Shown here: positions 27,301 through 41,250 of the stretch, piece after piece | How positions within the stretch are numbered: position 1 is the stretch's first letter | How the letters are laid out: every line of letters starts with the position of its first letter | DNA from: Octopus vulgaris | Lineage: Eukaryota | DNA length: 64,000 nucleotides | Direction of reading: 5' to 3' | NCBI GenBank assembly: GCA_951406725.2 | Contig: OX597814.1 | Location: 156,116,001 to 156,180,000 of the forward strand | The notes under the pieces: model-generated | Seen by the model: only the letters and a program-made list of their open reading frames with translations | Told to the model about the DNA's origin: nothing | The model's database searches: none | Position numbers and translations under genes: made by a program

Positions 27301-28006
27301 CGATGAATGTAGTCATAGTCAATTGCGATCTTCAAATAGTGTTCACTACCGACAGGGCCGGATTAAGTCCCATAAAAACCTAAGTAGTTAAAATTTTCCC
27401 CACTCAACGTTTCACAACCGGTGTTGGTGAGGTTACGTCACCGTAACTTAGCAGGGACATAAACAGATAGAAAAAGTACTGGGTTTAAGAAATAAGTTCT
27501 AGAGTCGATTCAATATCAGATTCGACTCAATATCAGACACGATGTATCAATCTACTCGTCTCTTATTCCTGGCGCATTCTGGTAGTAATTACCGCAACTG
27601 TTTTAGTAATTTTATAAATGATGTCACCGTCGATCCTTTAATGTATTCATGTCACAATTCCACTCTAAAATTGCTACAGTAATCTTTGCACCCTACACAT
27701 TACTTTTCTTACTTTTCTTAATTCGTGTAATCTTTGTTTTTATTATTTCTTTCATTTTAGTTCTTCGTATATCGTTGTTTATCGCAGTAATACCATCTTT
27801 ATACTTCATATTTTATTGCCACCTGTGATGAGCGTGTACCTGGGGAGAATCAAAGCTATAGGTTATCTGGTGTCCCGATGTTTTAAGCGTGAAAGTGAAT
27901 GTCTAAGCGTGACTGTAAATACAAAGAACTCTGTCAGCCTATCTCTCTATCTCTCTCTCCCTTCTCTCTCTCTATCTCTATCTATTTATCTATCCATCAT
28001 CTTACT

Positions 28007-28070
<64 letters not shown>

Positions 28071-28264
28071 GTATATATATATATCCATATACGAGGTGCA
28101 TTCCAGAAGTTTCGAGATTAAGAGGCATTTATAACTGTCCTAAATTATTGTAATCATAGTATATCATTACCATATATCAAATAAGCTTACTTGCTAAATT
28201 GTTATTTCAGATTGAAGATGGCTAAAACAGCACTTTCAACATACCCAACTGAACAGCGCTTGTT

Positions 28265-28349
28265 ACAAGTGTCTTCTACTATAGCCTCGGCCGGCCAAAC
28301 CTTGTGAGTGAATTTGGTAGACAGAAACTGAAAGAAGCTCGTCGTGTAT

Positions 28350-28423
<74 letters not shown>

Positions 28424-28500
28424 ATGTATTTATCCCGCACCACCACTTCGAAACCAGTGTTGGTGAGTTTATGCCCCCATAACTTATCGTTTCGGCAAAT
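28265..28500 (+). mobile_element. CORE-type SINE (OR1-like) internal fragment with expanded (TG)n
   Basis: caagtgtcttctactatagcctcgg..ggtagacagaaactgaaagaagc matches the reverse complement of 46390-46470. Confidence 0.8.
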
Positions 28501-29189
28501 ACACTTATTTCCATTTAGTTGCAATGGAACACGTGGAGTGTCCTCACACAATCTCTTCCGTAGTCTTCCATGTTTTACTTTCTTTTAGATTATATCTCAT
28601 TTCATTATTGCGTGTTTTCATGGTAATTTTTCGTGTATTTAATTCGCTGCTGGCTTTTAGTAAAGTGAAGTGTATAATATTTTCTCTACCCTGTCCAGGA
28701 CTATCTTCGGGTGTAAAGAAATGCTGTTGAGTATTACATTAAATTTTTTCTTGTAACTGTGATAAATCCATCTGTTCATTTATATTCAAAGTAGTTTGCT
28801 TTTCAAAAACCTGTGATATGAACAGACCAAATATTTGGAAACATGTAGCAGTCGCTACTACCTTTCTGGTTGTTCATATTGTCGTGACAGTCTGCCAAAT
28901 TACATTTGAAGAATTAAAACATTTTCTATCAATTGTTGAATATAAAGCAATTATCATTATTTTTTCGTACAATTAGTTATGTATTTTATTTTTGTGTTTT
29001 TTATATTTATTGTACTGTTTTGCCGTGACATGATTATCTATATTAGCTAGATTGAATGTCAAAATCTAATATGCGTAATTAGAATTTTATAAGTTTATGA
29101 ATCAAGGCTTCTCAAGTGTTTTGTTACTTATAACCTCTCTGAAACAAGACATGCTAAAGAATTTAAAGATAAAGATTGATAATACGCAG

Positions 29190-29640
29190 TACCTATGGAA
29201 AAGGAGACGAATGTATTATCTATCTCTTCAATGTGTGCAGTAAACCAGCGTAAAAAGAGTATTTGTTCAGGTATGACAGTGTTGGTAATAGAGTGTATTG
29301 AGATGTTAACTGACTGCGTGGAATCAGTGAAAGAAAAGTGGCATGAACACGATCCATTTATTATTCAGGATTTTAAGAGATGTGTCTATAGAAATTGACT
29401 TTGCTATTAAAAGAAGCAGATCAAATGCAATCGTGGGTGACAAAAACAAAGACAAAGACAGTGTAAGATTTTGCAAACCCATATGATTATAAAGCGGATA
29501 TCGAAGAAATAGAGAAAATTGAGAAATGTCGGGATGTCGCCAGAGCGATGATTGATGAAGACAAAGGGAACAATTGTTTCTGTCGCAATTGGTGCACGTG
29601 GTACAATACACAGACTGCTAAATTAGAGGCTCTAGGATAT
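29190..29640 (+). pseudogene. Highly decayed RLE-type LINE endonuclease fragment
   Basis: Across frames: RYDSVG..KWHEHDP..IIQDF..IVGDKNK..DFANPYD..EIEKIEKCRDVAR..TIVSVAIGARGTI. Collinear with the C-termini at 59570-60110 and 61240-61800. Confidence 0.65.
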
Positions 29641-30479
29641 TGAAACTGAGACTCATAATCGAATCTACAAAAAGTGCCATCCCCAATTCAGCAAAAAACA
29701 TCCCTGCCAAATAAGATGCCATAGCCTTTGAATAACACCACCACCATCACCACCAAGAAGAAGAACAACAACAACAACAGCAAAACCTATAGACGAGTGA
29801 GATGGGGAACAACCTATTTCCTCTTTTAGTTCGGTAGAATGATAAATTGTTTTCAATAAGAGTCTGTATTATTAGTTTCTCCTATAATTGAGCTCTGTTC
29901 GGTAATTAACTCATTCACGTAATTCCCGTCGCACTACAAATGCTTGAATCTGTCTGAGATTTTATTTGACTTTTCAAAGGATAGAAAATTTCAATTCATA
30001 GTCTTCCTCATTGTCTGTGTCATTCTTCAGAGGAAGGAAGTCATTGTTGTTTTGTGGTTCATTTCACGAACTTGAGAAATGCTCTCACTTTATTCCTTTT
30101 AAGCTCTCTTCGCAAGTTTGGAATGTTTTTTGTTATCATTACGTCAATCTTATTACAAAATGATAGCGTGGTGTTGCCTTTGGTTAATAATTATCATGGG
30201 GTTCAGGTTTAATGCTATAGTTTATAATTAGAGTACATTGCCTCCTCTAACTCAGCTTCACTATTACCTCAGCCTTAGAAGGGATAGAGGCAGAACGAGT
30301 CACCCTTCTTCTTGATCAATTCTTTGATACGGAAAAAGGTTTTCTTTTCCAAAGAGCCGTCGCATAACTTTTAGAGGCTCCCTGCAACTTTTTGTTTCGA
30401 GGTCCCATCTCTTCAATCAAAATTCATAATCTACGCACCTTTATTATCTGCAAAAATCAAACATAGTCCCTTACAGCTT

Positions 30480-30528
30480 GTATTTTAGAATCATCACAGC
30501 AGACTCTGCTGTGATGATTCTAAAATAC
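30480..30528. repeat. Perfect 24-bp-arm palindrome with 1-nt spacer
   Basis: gtattttagaatcatcacagcaga-c-tctgctgtgatgattctaaaatac. Confidence 0.95.
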
Positions 30529-30594
30529 GCACGCGCGCACATGCATACACGCACACACACAAACACACACACACACCTATATATATATATATAT

Positions 30595-30732
30595 TGGGAT
30601 TCCTTCAGTTTTCCTCTACAAGATTCATTCACAAGGCTTTGGTGGTCCGAAGGCTATAGTCGAAGCCACTTGCCGAAGGTTGAAACCAGAGTCATGTGGT
30701 TGGGAAGCAAACTTCTTAGCACACAGCTACCC
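30595..30732 (-). mobile_element. CORE-type SINE 5' fragment (degenerate)
   Basis: Similar to 46390-46545. Confidence 0.7.
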
Positions 30733-31172
30733 TTGTTTATCTGGGTTCCGATTATGAATCACTTAAATGTTGAATTTTACTCCCCCGACCCGACGAGGTG
30801 AATCTATGGAAGAGAAACATTGTACTGTATGTCACTTATGCCAAAAAAAAAAAACGTAAAGGAGCATGTGGCAAGCTTCTGGAGACTATTGATTACAGTA
30901 TTGCTTTCTGTATTCAGTGAGGTCTTTCTGACTTCATCAAATGATATAAACAACATCAAATATTTTCGTTCTCCAAGATTTTACCTCCCGTGCTTTTCTT
31001 ACGTTTGTAGTTGTTGCTTTTATTTTTCTTCACTAGATGATATTATTTGAGTAATAAGCAACTGCCACAAAGTAAACATGAAATATTGATAAACATATTC
31101 TACGTGCAAGTTTGAATTCTTTCCAGATGGATTTTGCCACCTTACTTTGTAAAGCGTATAAATATTACTCAA

Positions 31173-31392
31173 CTACGATGACGTTCTGAAAAGTTCTTGG
31201 CTTTAGGTAACAGAAAATGCAGCAGGACCAGCTACTAATGATTTTATTCAACATATTCCCCTCTCAGATTCACGCACTTGTTGCGGCGGTCCTTCAGATT
31301 TTCTAAACCCTAAAAGAACTCGGAAGTTTGAACCTCCAGCCAGGGCTTTAAGTTCCTTAAAGCCAGGAACTTTTCAGCACCCATTTTGCGTA
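31173..31392. mobile_element. Tc1/mariner-type MITE
   Basis: Imperfect TIRs: tacg..ctgaaaagttcttggcttta / taaagccaggaacttttcag..cgta, with TA at both ends. Confidence 0.7.
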
Positions 31393-33204
31393 TAAATAAT
31401 ACATATACACATTTGCGAGGTAGCAGATTTTCACTTCTTAATAGCCCTGGGTTCGTGTGCTTCGTTATAGTAGAAGTATTCAGACAACAAATGCAACATA
31501 AACGAAACATTTCACTAGCACAAAAGAGATTAGAAGTATAGGAATAGAATACGGCTTTAATATTCACCGTTAAATTCCAGAATTAGGAACCAGAATTTAA
31601 TTTATTCCGGTTATTGCTCTTGAAAATACTAGGGTTTTCACTTCACCTCGTTTTCTCTTTTAATGTAAATTTAAAGTTTTGTATCTAAGCAACGAATAAT
31701 TTGTCTACTTTCCATGAACTCCTGGTGATTAAAATCTGTTAAACATTCTTGTTTTCTCTTTGAAACCATTCCGTTTCACTTATTCCGTTGATTCCCTCGG
31801 GGATGACAACAACATTACCATCTCCCATATGCTATAACCTATAATATATAGTGAAAAGAAACCATTATTTAATTATATTGGATAGAGCTCACTGTGTTGC
31901 TTAAATTGATAGAGAATTTTGTCTGTGTTCATTTGCAATTCTCCAGTGAAAGGTCTTCTCATATTTTGCTAATGGCCTTCTATGCAATATTATCTACTTG
32001 TAATTTATGCCTATTGAATAAATGCTTATTTTTGCAATGAATTTATGATAACATGCTTCACAAAGCTTTGTAAACAAGAATTTAATGATGTGGTATCTAA
32101 AATTTAATGATTGAAGATTTAAACATAAAATTTTTAATGAAATATCTCTGACGTTGTATACAAGTGGGCATCATTATGAAACTAAGTTGTTTTGTCAGTT
32201 AAGAAAAGTCACTTTTAATAAGAGTGAGAGATGGTGACTTATTTTCATTAATATAGATCTCAATTTTGAATAGTAAACATATATATCTATCTAGGTACAA
32301 ATGATGAACATACTTTTGCGAAACTTCAAATCTGCGCTAAATTATACTGCAAAATTAGTCAAATACATGGTAGTTTTGGGACTCTACTGACACTAGGTTT
32401 TTACAATTGGTACATTTGCAGAGTGATTTTGAGTGAACTGAAGAGAAGTTGGGTTATATAGCTTTAGCATGACCGGGACCTTAATATCGTCGGTGAAATA
32501 CAAACACCAGGCTTGGAGACAAACATTTTCTTCCGGTCTTCGACGAAGAGTTTGGTAATAAGTACATCAATTTAGGTTTCCCTAAGTTGTGGAAATGCGA
32601 TATTTTAAGGGTTCTGCACATTTCAGATTATTTTAGAATGCTATATTGAGGGAACATTTCTAGGAAGACGATTCAGGAAAAAATCATTTTAAAATAAGTT
32701 TGAGTAAATTGGGCTTGGCATATAAGCAACAAGAAATAGGATGAGAATAAAACGTGTATGGTACATATGAATCTCTGTACCTTAAGCTTCTGAAACTGTT
32801 TTCATAAATTATATTTCTTTAAACGTCCGACATGAGGTTGGGATAATCATATAACATTCTTAGATATTGACCCATCTTCAACTAATATACTTATACTACA
32901 TCAGTTTACGTCAGTTTGATCGCCAAACGTCATCAAATGTATTATTTCTGGACATAGGCATGGTTTCATGATTAGATTTAAACTACATTAATCAGATAAG
33001 TAGTATACTTTTCACTTGCCGGTAACCCAATCAATAAGTTCAGCACTGATACCAATATAGCTGTCGTTAGTGAAAGGTAACTTCAAATTACAACAATAAC
33101 TATATAGAGGAGATAGCGGATTGCCACATTTAGATTAGAATTAACGTTCTCATTTCGTATCAAACCTTCTATTATATATAAATATATATATGTGTGTGTG
33201 TATA

Positions 33205-35332
33205 CTAGCAGAGGCACCCAGCATTGCTCGGGAATGAAATTGTTCCTTATATATCGAATGAAAAAAGCATATTCATTCACAAATGCAGCCAAGTCTGTAA
33301 TGTCATAATTTGTCTCTCTTGCTATGTCCCTTAAAGATAAACCACTAATATGGCGGTTTGTTTTTGGCAGTCCAGAATCAGACTCTAGCAAATTTTTGCC
33401 TCCCATGGCCAAAACTTGATCCTCAATTTCAATCAGTGCTTGGTTAAAAATTGTTTCAGAGAATGGAATATTGATATCTGGGTTTGCCTGTTGAACTGCA
33501 TGCTTTAATTCCTCAGCCATGTCCTCACGATGTTTCATTCAAAGCTGTAAGGGACTGCCAAGTCCCCTACATATTCAGTATAATTGCAAGAATGTTACGG
33601 ATTCCTTTGGAGAATCTGGTACTGATGCCTCAGTCAATGCAAGGTCCCAATGCTCACCATTTTCTAAAGAAAAAAACCTTGTTGATAGCATGCTTTCCTA
33701 TAAATTTCATATTTAACCTCCTCGAATCTTGGAATGATATGGGACCACGTACTTCATGCAAAACGAGCCGTAAGTAGTAGCATTCTGCTTGGCTTACGGG
33801 GATACTGTAAACTTTTGCAAGATCGTCAGCCGCACGTTTCCTGTTGTGCCATTTATTGTTTCTCCAGGTATAATATTTGGCTAATTGTGGGTAAAGGAGT
33901 TTTCTTGCATCTTCATCTGCTTCACGCAACTTAACAAAGGCAGTAAGAGTAGTTTCTTATTGAGAATGTGCTTGTTGCATGGCTGTTTGATTTGTAAAGA
34001 TAATCCTTTGGTCATTGTTTAGATGGACACAGATGAATGATGGCTGGTTGCCTCTCATGAATGGGAAAATTGAAGATACGCCAAAATGCCTCATTGGTAC
34101 TGATGTAACTTCCTCTGTCATACTGTGCATCTTCGTCATTTTTACTTATCTGCTCACTGCCATTCTGCATTAGAGTGTATGTAAAAGAGTGTATGCATCT
34201 AAACCTGTGTTTATACATTTACAAACATACTTAACAGAGATGCAGGATTCAACATTGACTCTGGCTACCTGTACTTGTCTTTGCTTCACTGTAGAATACT
34301 AATCATTTACATCTACCCTGACTACTCTTGCAGAGAGTGAGAACATTGTTCCCGGAAACATTTTTGAAAATTAAAATGGAGATTAAATGGAAAAAAGGAG
34401 TTACGTGAATATCTTCGCAAGAATGATTAAATTAAATGGCGAATGTGGAACACTCCGCGCGCGCGCGCACACACACACTGTATCAAATATTGGATGAAAT
34501 GGGCGTGCGTGAGAGAGATGAGAGCTGTGTTATAATGTATACGCACATACATAAATAAATATGCATACATCTTTTTTGTACATATATATATATATATATA
34601 TGCATGTGTGTGAGTGTATGTGTGAGAGAGAGAGAGAGTAAATACCACTTAGTAATCATTCTCTTTCTGTCTCCTACACGCATACATACAAAAAAATATA
34701 TGCTTATGTATTTATGTATGTACGTATACATGACAACACACTCCTTGACTGACTGACTCTCTCTCTATCACTCTCTCACACACACAAATACACACACACA
34801 TACATAAATATATACAAACGTACATACAAAAACACACGTGTGCATGTATGACTTGTGTGTGGTGAGAGAGAAGGGAGAGAGAGAGAGAACATTGCAAGCA
34901 ATGGATTAAATAAACTTGAAATGAAAACAATTGTCTAAATAAAAGCTCGTTAAAAGCTGTCTTGTACCGAATATTTAAATATGTGAACTTAGTTAATATT
35001 TCTTTCAGTAATTTATCGTAGCTGTTTGCGATTGGCGAATTAAAACTTGAAAAGAAAGCATTAAAATAGTGAGTGAGAGATTTTGCAAATGAAAACGGAA
35101 ACTTTCGCCGTTGCTACGTCCATATCGGAAGTTGACATTGAGAAACCTTTTTAAAGAAGTGAATCATATATAGAAAGCAATATTATTTATTTTTAATAGA
35201 AAAATAAATTAAATACCCTATTAGGTATCTGAAGTTGAATTATTCATGTATCCCAAGTATGGAAGCAAATCACGCAGCCGTTTTCTCGTGAAAAACGAAT
35301 ACACACAGACAGGTCTATTTTATATAAGAAGA
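33205..35332 (-). mobile_element. Internally deleted Helitron with intact termini
   Basis: Minus strand starts A|TCttcttatataaaatag (35332). It ends with the hairpin cccgagcaatgctggg (33232-33217) and then CTAG|T (33205). Inserted in a TA-rich microsatellite. Confidence 0.85.
33270..34330 (-). pseudogene. Helitron RepHel remnant (region between Rep and the PIF1-like helicase)
   Basis: Frameshifted pieces: YISTNEAFWRIFNFPIHERQPAIIHL/VHLNNDQRIIF; ARKLLYPQLAKYYTW..VYSIPVSQAECYYLRLVLHEVRGPISFQD; REDMAEEL..FNQALIEIEDQVLAMGGKNL..GLP. Confidence 0.9.
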
Positions 35333-36387
35333 TATATATATATATATATATATATCGATTGTAGATCGAAAATATTGTAAGCATATACATAAATATTTTA
35401 AATACACTCACTAAACTCGAGTTGAATAGACGAGAAAATTATAAATTTGAAATATAAAACTTCATCTGTGCATATTTCTATATTAATACAGAGACACGTA
35501 CGTGTGAAATATTTGGCAAACCTTTATGTTAATTAAATGAACACAAGACAAAAAAAATTCCTCTCCCAGACATTCTCATTGGTGATTAGTTTATTTACAG
35601 TCGTTGGAAAACTTTTATTTTTCTTTATCATTATCACCAGAACATGAAATCTTCAATTGTGACCCAGTAACCTTATAAGTTTAAGCAAATAGTTTATTTT
35701 CGTATTGATTTTCCTACAAAGCCTCAAAACATCTGAATCATAGATAAAGAGAAATGATATTTTGAAGTCTGAGAGGTTATGATAATGTTTTCCTTGCTAT
35801 AGAGTCGCATGAAAATGTCCATAGATTTTGCAAGGATACTCCCACTGGTTAGATCAATATATCTGCAATTCAATTTTAATTTTTACGGCTGGTTGCAGAA
35901 AATGTGTGGGATGTAATACTTGACAGGGAAAATAAGGCAAACTGTTTAACATGAAATGGACGTGGTGATATACCGAGGCAAACATGCTGTTTTTATTGTT
36001 GTTGTTGTTGTTTATGTGGTGGTTGTTGCAGTATCTGTCACGATTGAACAGTGCAACGATGAAAGTTGTTTCAGCCAAGCCTATCACAATCTTTCAAAGG
36101 CGCAGTGAAACCAGAATAACAGTTCCCATTGTGGTCATTTTTATTAGAATATAGGATTTTAATTCTCGCCGGTTAAACGGCTATCAGGACGCTCCCTGTT
36201 TACTTCCGGCCCCTTCAGCAGGGAATATGCATAGAAAATAAATCTCTTTACTCTCTCTCTCTCTCTCTCTTTTAAAGATAATAATAATGAAATTATTGTA
36301 TACAGTGCTCAGGTGCACCACAACTTGTCAGAGTAAATGCAGTAATGCACAAATGTCTGGAAAGCGAACAGTGTATGAGTCAGATAC

Positions 36388-36800
36388 TCTTTACTTGTTT
36401 CAGTCATGTGACTGTGGCCATGCTGGAGCACCGCCTTTTTGTCGAGCAAATCGACCCCAAATCGACTTATTCTTTGTAAGCCTAGTTCTTACTCTATCGG
36501 TCACTTTCGCCGAACCGCTAAGTTACGGGGACGTAAACACATCAGCATCGGTTGTCAAGCGATGTTGGGGGGACAAACACAGACACACAAACATATACAC
36601 ACACATATATATATTTATATATATACACATATATACGACGAGCTTCTTTCAGTTTCCGTCAACCAAATACGCTCACAAGGCTTTGGTAGACCCGAGGCTA
36701 TAGTAGAAGACACTAGCGCAAGGTGTCACGCAGTGGGACTGAACCCGGAACCAGGTGGTTCGTAAGCAAGCTACTTAGCACAAAGCCACTCCTGCGCCTA
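36388..36800 (-). mobile_element. Full-length CORE-type SINE (OR1-like)
   Basis: tRNA-like head ggcgcaggagtggctttgtgctaag..ccgggttcagtccc and tail gactgaaacaagtaaagag. Near-identical layout to 46140-46549. Confidence 0.9.
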
Positions 36801-37801
36801 TTTATTTAATAGACCAGACCGTAAAATTCATAAATATTTAACAACTGTAGATTAAGAGGTATTATTGCCTTTCTTAAGTGTAGTAGGGACAGAAAAGTTT
36901 CTCACTGTAATAAGTGAGAAGAATCGCTTTGGGCTTCCACCTACAAGAAATTGCTGCGAAATGTTCGTCAAATCATGTTTACAGCATAAAAAGGACGTTG
37001 GATTATGCAGACCTAGACAGGACTAGTCATTGCTAAAATTATCGGACAAGGGTTATTACCTCAGGATGATCAACACCATCTGGGAGCAACTGAACATAGA
37101 ATTTTATAACAACGTGAAGCTAACAAAAGTTAAGGGAGGTAACTCAGCAATATAAACGCGTGAATATGACTAAATAAATTACATTACTTACATCTGTCTG
37201 TCTCCTCTCCCTCTCACTTACTTCCTGCTTCTTCTTTTCTCCCTCTCTCTTCATTTCACTATCCTCTCACTTTCTCCCTCTCCCCATCGGTGACTGCATA
37301 TTTTATAAGTATGCGTTTAGCATATGTACTTATATGTCTTGTGTGTTTATGTGGTATATATGTATATTATGGTTTTTAAGTGTGTGTAGGTGTGCGTGCT
37401 TGTGTATATATAAATATGACATATATGTTTATTATGCATATAAGAGTGTGTGCATGTGGTTGCATATACATACATACATACAGACGGGCAGCCGGACAAG
37501 CAGACGGACGGAGAGGCAAACATCCATACAGACAGTCAGACAGACAGACAGACAGATAGATACTTAAAACATGTATATGTGTATGTCTGCACGCACCTGT
37601 TTATATTTAATGACAATAAACACACATTTATGTGTGTGTGTTTTGGGTGGGTGGTTGTTTGTGTGTGTGTGTGTGTGTGTGCATGTGTGCGCACGTGTGT
37701 GAGTCTGTATGTGTGAGTGCGCGTGTGAGTAGGTATGTTTGCACATGCTTATATATAGATGTATATTCGTATATATGCGTGTGCGTGTGTGTGTGGACAT
37801 A

Positions 37802-37850
<49 letters not shown>

Positions 37851-40800
37851 GTGTATGTATATATATATATATATATATGTGTGTGCATGCATATATATAT
37901 GCATATATATATATACATATATATATGCATGCACATATACATATATTTATGCTCATGTTTGTGGGGATGAGTAAGTGTATATATTAATCTATATACGATA
38001 TGTATACACACGGACACATATATATATATGTGTGTGTGTGTAAGTATGTACGTATATGTGTATATATATAATCCCTGTGTCCACTTCCTGTGAAATAGAT
38101 TAATATTGAGGAAATGCTTTTATTTTGTTTTTTTGTTTCGCATTTCAATATAAATATTGATTTATTGCACTGGCACAACGCCACATATATTTCTGGGATT
38201 AGGTGGGGTATATAATTGATCATATCGATTCCTAGACTTCTATGGTTCCATATTTTATCACCCATCCCCTAGAAGTATGAAAGAAAAAGTTAACTTGGGC
38301 GGAGTTTGAACTTAATAATGCAGTACAATTATTAATGCACTACTTTTTGGCGCAAGTGGTAGAGCTGTGAACAATATTCCTTTAAAGGTAGTCATATTTC
38401 CATTCAAGTTCTGAGTTCGATTCTTACTTAACTTAACCTGCATTTATTTATACCACGCTTGGTAAATAAATGCTAATGAAATATATGTTTTTCATGTGAA
38501 TTTATTAGAAATTAATAGGTTTTCCCCCCGTTTTTTTTTTATTGCTTTGTTAATGCACTTTTCCAAACACACGAATATGTTGATGCTACGTATCTTTTCT
38601 TTGTTGTTATTTCTCTTTTGTGAAATTAGTTTTAGCTTCTGTGTTAGCCGTCATTCAACACACATTTTCTCTTTCAGCATATAATGTATTTTGTATTAAA
38701 ATGAATTTAAGTTGCGTACGCGTGTGTGCGTTTGTATATACAAACATACTTACATGGTATTATGTATGCATGAATGTATGTATGTATGTACTATGTATGT
38801 ATGCATGCATATATATATATATACATATATATATATGAATACATACATATATATATATACATATATATATGTATATATATACATACATATATATATAAAT
38901 ACATATACAAACACACTCATGCATACATATATATATAATTTACACACCTGCATATAGTTGTGCGTAAGTTTATATATGTATATGTCCACCTACATTTATG
39001 CGTGCATAATTATGTGTGTCTGTGTGTGCGTGCACATATTTACAAGCATGTCTATGTATATATGTATGCATGCATTCGTGCATATATATGTATATATATA
39101 TATATATAGATATATACGCATGCGTACATATATGCATACATAAACTTGCTTATGTGCAAGCACACACACACACATATAATTATGCACACATATATGTAGG
39201 TGAATATATACATATATACACATGCGCACACCTACATACATGCGTGTAAATTATATATACATGTATGTATGAGTGAGTGTGTTTGTATATGTGTGTGTAT
39301 GTTTATGTATGCTTGCATACACATATGCATATGTATGCATGTATATCTATGCATATACCTATATGCATGCTTATATATATATATATATATATACGCGCAA
39401 CTATTGAAAATAATTCTAAGTTCACTGCGTACACAACCCTCTTTGAAACGTTTTTCTTGCATTTCTCTTACGTTATCACCAGCCTCTTTTCATTTCCTTC
39501 GCATCTCTGTCATTGCCGTCGCTTCTTATTTCTCTCTCATTTTCTTTATTCTTATCTCTATTCCTTTATTTCTGTCTCGCTTCTCCTCTCTTTTATTTCA
39601 TTCTGTCTATTATCTTTCCCTCTCTCTCTTCTACAACATCACTATATCAAACAAGTGCGCTACTAATAAGATCTCACTAATACTGACTTGAACAACCGCC
39701 GCTTATTCTTCTTGTAGCTCTCCTTCTCTCTAGCAAACTGTTTACCTTTTTAAAAATTCCCCCTCGTCTTCCTCGTATTATTCTCTCACCCCTCTCTCTC
39801 CACTCTCTTTTGCTCTCGCTTCTATTTGTCTCTCCACTCTTCCTTTCCTTCACTCTCTGTATCTCTCCCTCTCTCTATCACATTATGATTGTTACCGGAA
39901 TCGGTGCATCTCAAATATATTTGAAGGAATTTATTTAAACAACCAATTTCTACCTTTAACTATTACCTTTGCATAAATATCAACGCGATAAAATACAATT
40001 TATTTATATCTAAACGCCTGTAAGATACATAAACAAAGCCTTGAACGCCTACACAAGTACGCACTCGCAAATGTATACACAGATAAATTTATACATATAC
40101 ATATAATTATACATACGCACACACATGTATGTGCATACGTATCTAGATGCAGACATACAAACTATCAACTGATGCACACATATGCGTGCACAATTACAAC
40201 GCACTATCTCACACACAGGTGCATGCACATGCAAATATATCGATGCACGAGTAAATTTCTGTATGTTTAAATATCTCCGCACGATTTTTCTGTGTTGCAT
40301 TTCCCCCGTATTCACATATGCATCATTGAATCCTAATGTTTAGCAAAATAGGTGTGCATGTGGTTGTTGCGCTTACTACACACGTGAATATAATTCGTTA
40401 AGAACTGTGCGAAACAGAAAACAAATTATTACTTTTAAGAATCGAAAGTGTAAATATTCCGAAGTCTATGGAGAACGACCAGCATCATTGTAAGTTGAAA
40501 GCATTTCTATATATATATATTTATTCATGATTAGAAACAAATATTTGCTGTTGCTGTTGTTGTTGTTGTTGTTGTTGTTGTTATTGGGGTTTACCTTAAA
40601 TTATGTTAGCGGGATTGTTCCGCTATTTGGGATTTTGTTGTTGTTGTTGTTGAAATATTTTCGGCGGTGGATGCAATGGGGGCGTGCAGAAGAGTTTCAT
40701 TCTATATATTTTGTCGTAACGTTTTTTTTATTTATTAATCTATTTATTTATTTATATATTGTTTTTGCTGATTTCCTTTTAATCGATGGAAAAGGTGTTC

Positions 40801-40871
40801 ATGGGTATTGTCTTATGTTTGCCGCTTTAAACAGTCTTCAACGATTCGGTCCCTTGTATCTTAATTATTAA

Positions 40872-40930
<59 letters not shown>

Positions 40931-40932
<2 letters not shown>

Positions 40933-41121
40933 GGCAGAATCGTTAGCACGCCGGGCAAAATGCTTAGCAGCATTTCGTTCGCTTTCGTATTCTGAGTTCA
41001 AATTCCATCAAGGCCGACTTTTCTTTTCATCCTTTCGGGTTAGGGATCGATATAATCAACTTACCGCGTCCCACGAAATTGCTAGCCTTCTGTCAAATTT
41101 TCATAGCAATATTATTATTAA

Positions 41122-41172
<51 letters not shown>

Positions 41173-41250
41173 GGCGACGCGCGGGCAGAATAGTTATCAC
41201 ACCGGACAAAATGCTTAGCGGCATTTCGTCCGTCTTTCAGGCCTTGTGCC
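40931..41250 (+). mobile_element. Two Meta-like SINE fragments embedded in (ATT)n
   Basis: ttggcagaatcgttagcacgccggg.. and aaggcgacgcgcgggcagaatag.. heads. Confidence 0.8.

Noticed and set aside
40380-40495. Possible plus-strand exon ending at att|gtaagt
   Set aside because: A single donor motif is expected by chance; no supporting ORF.
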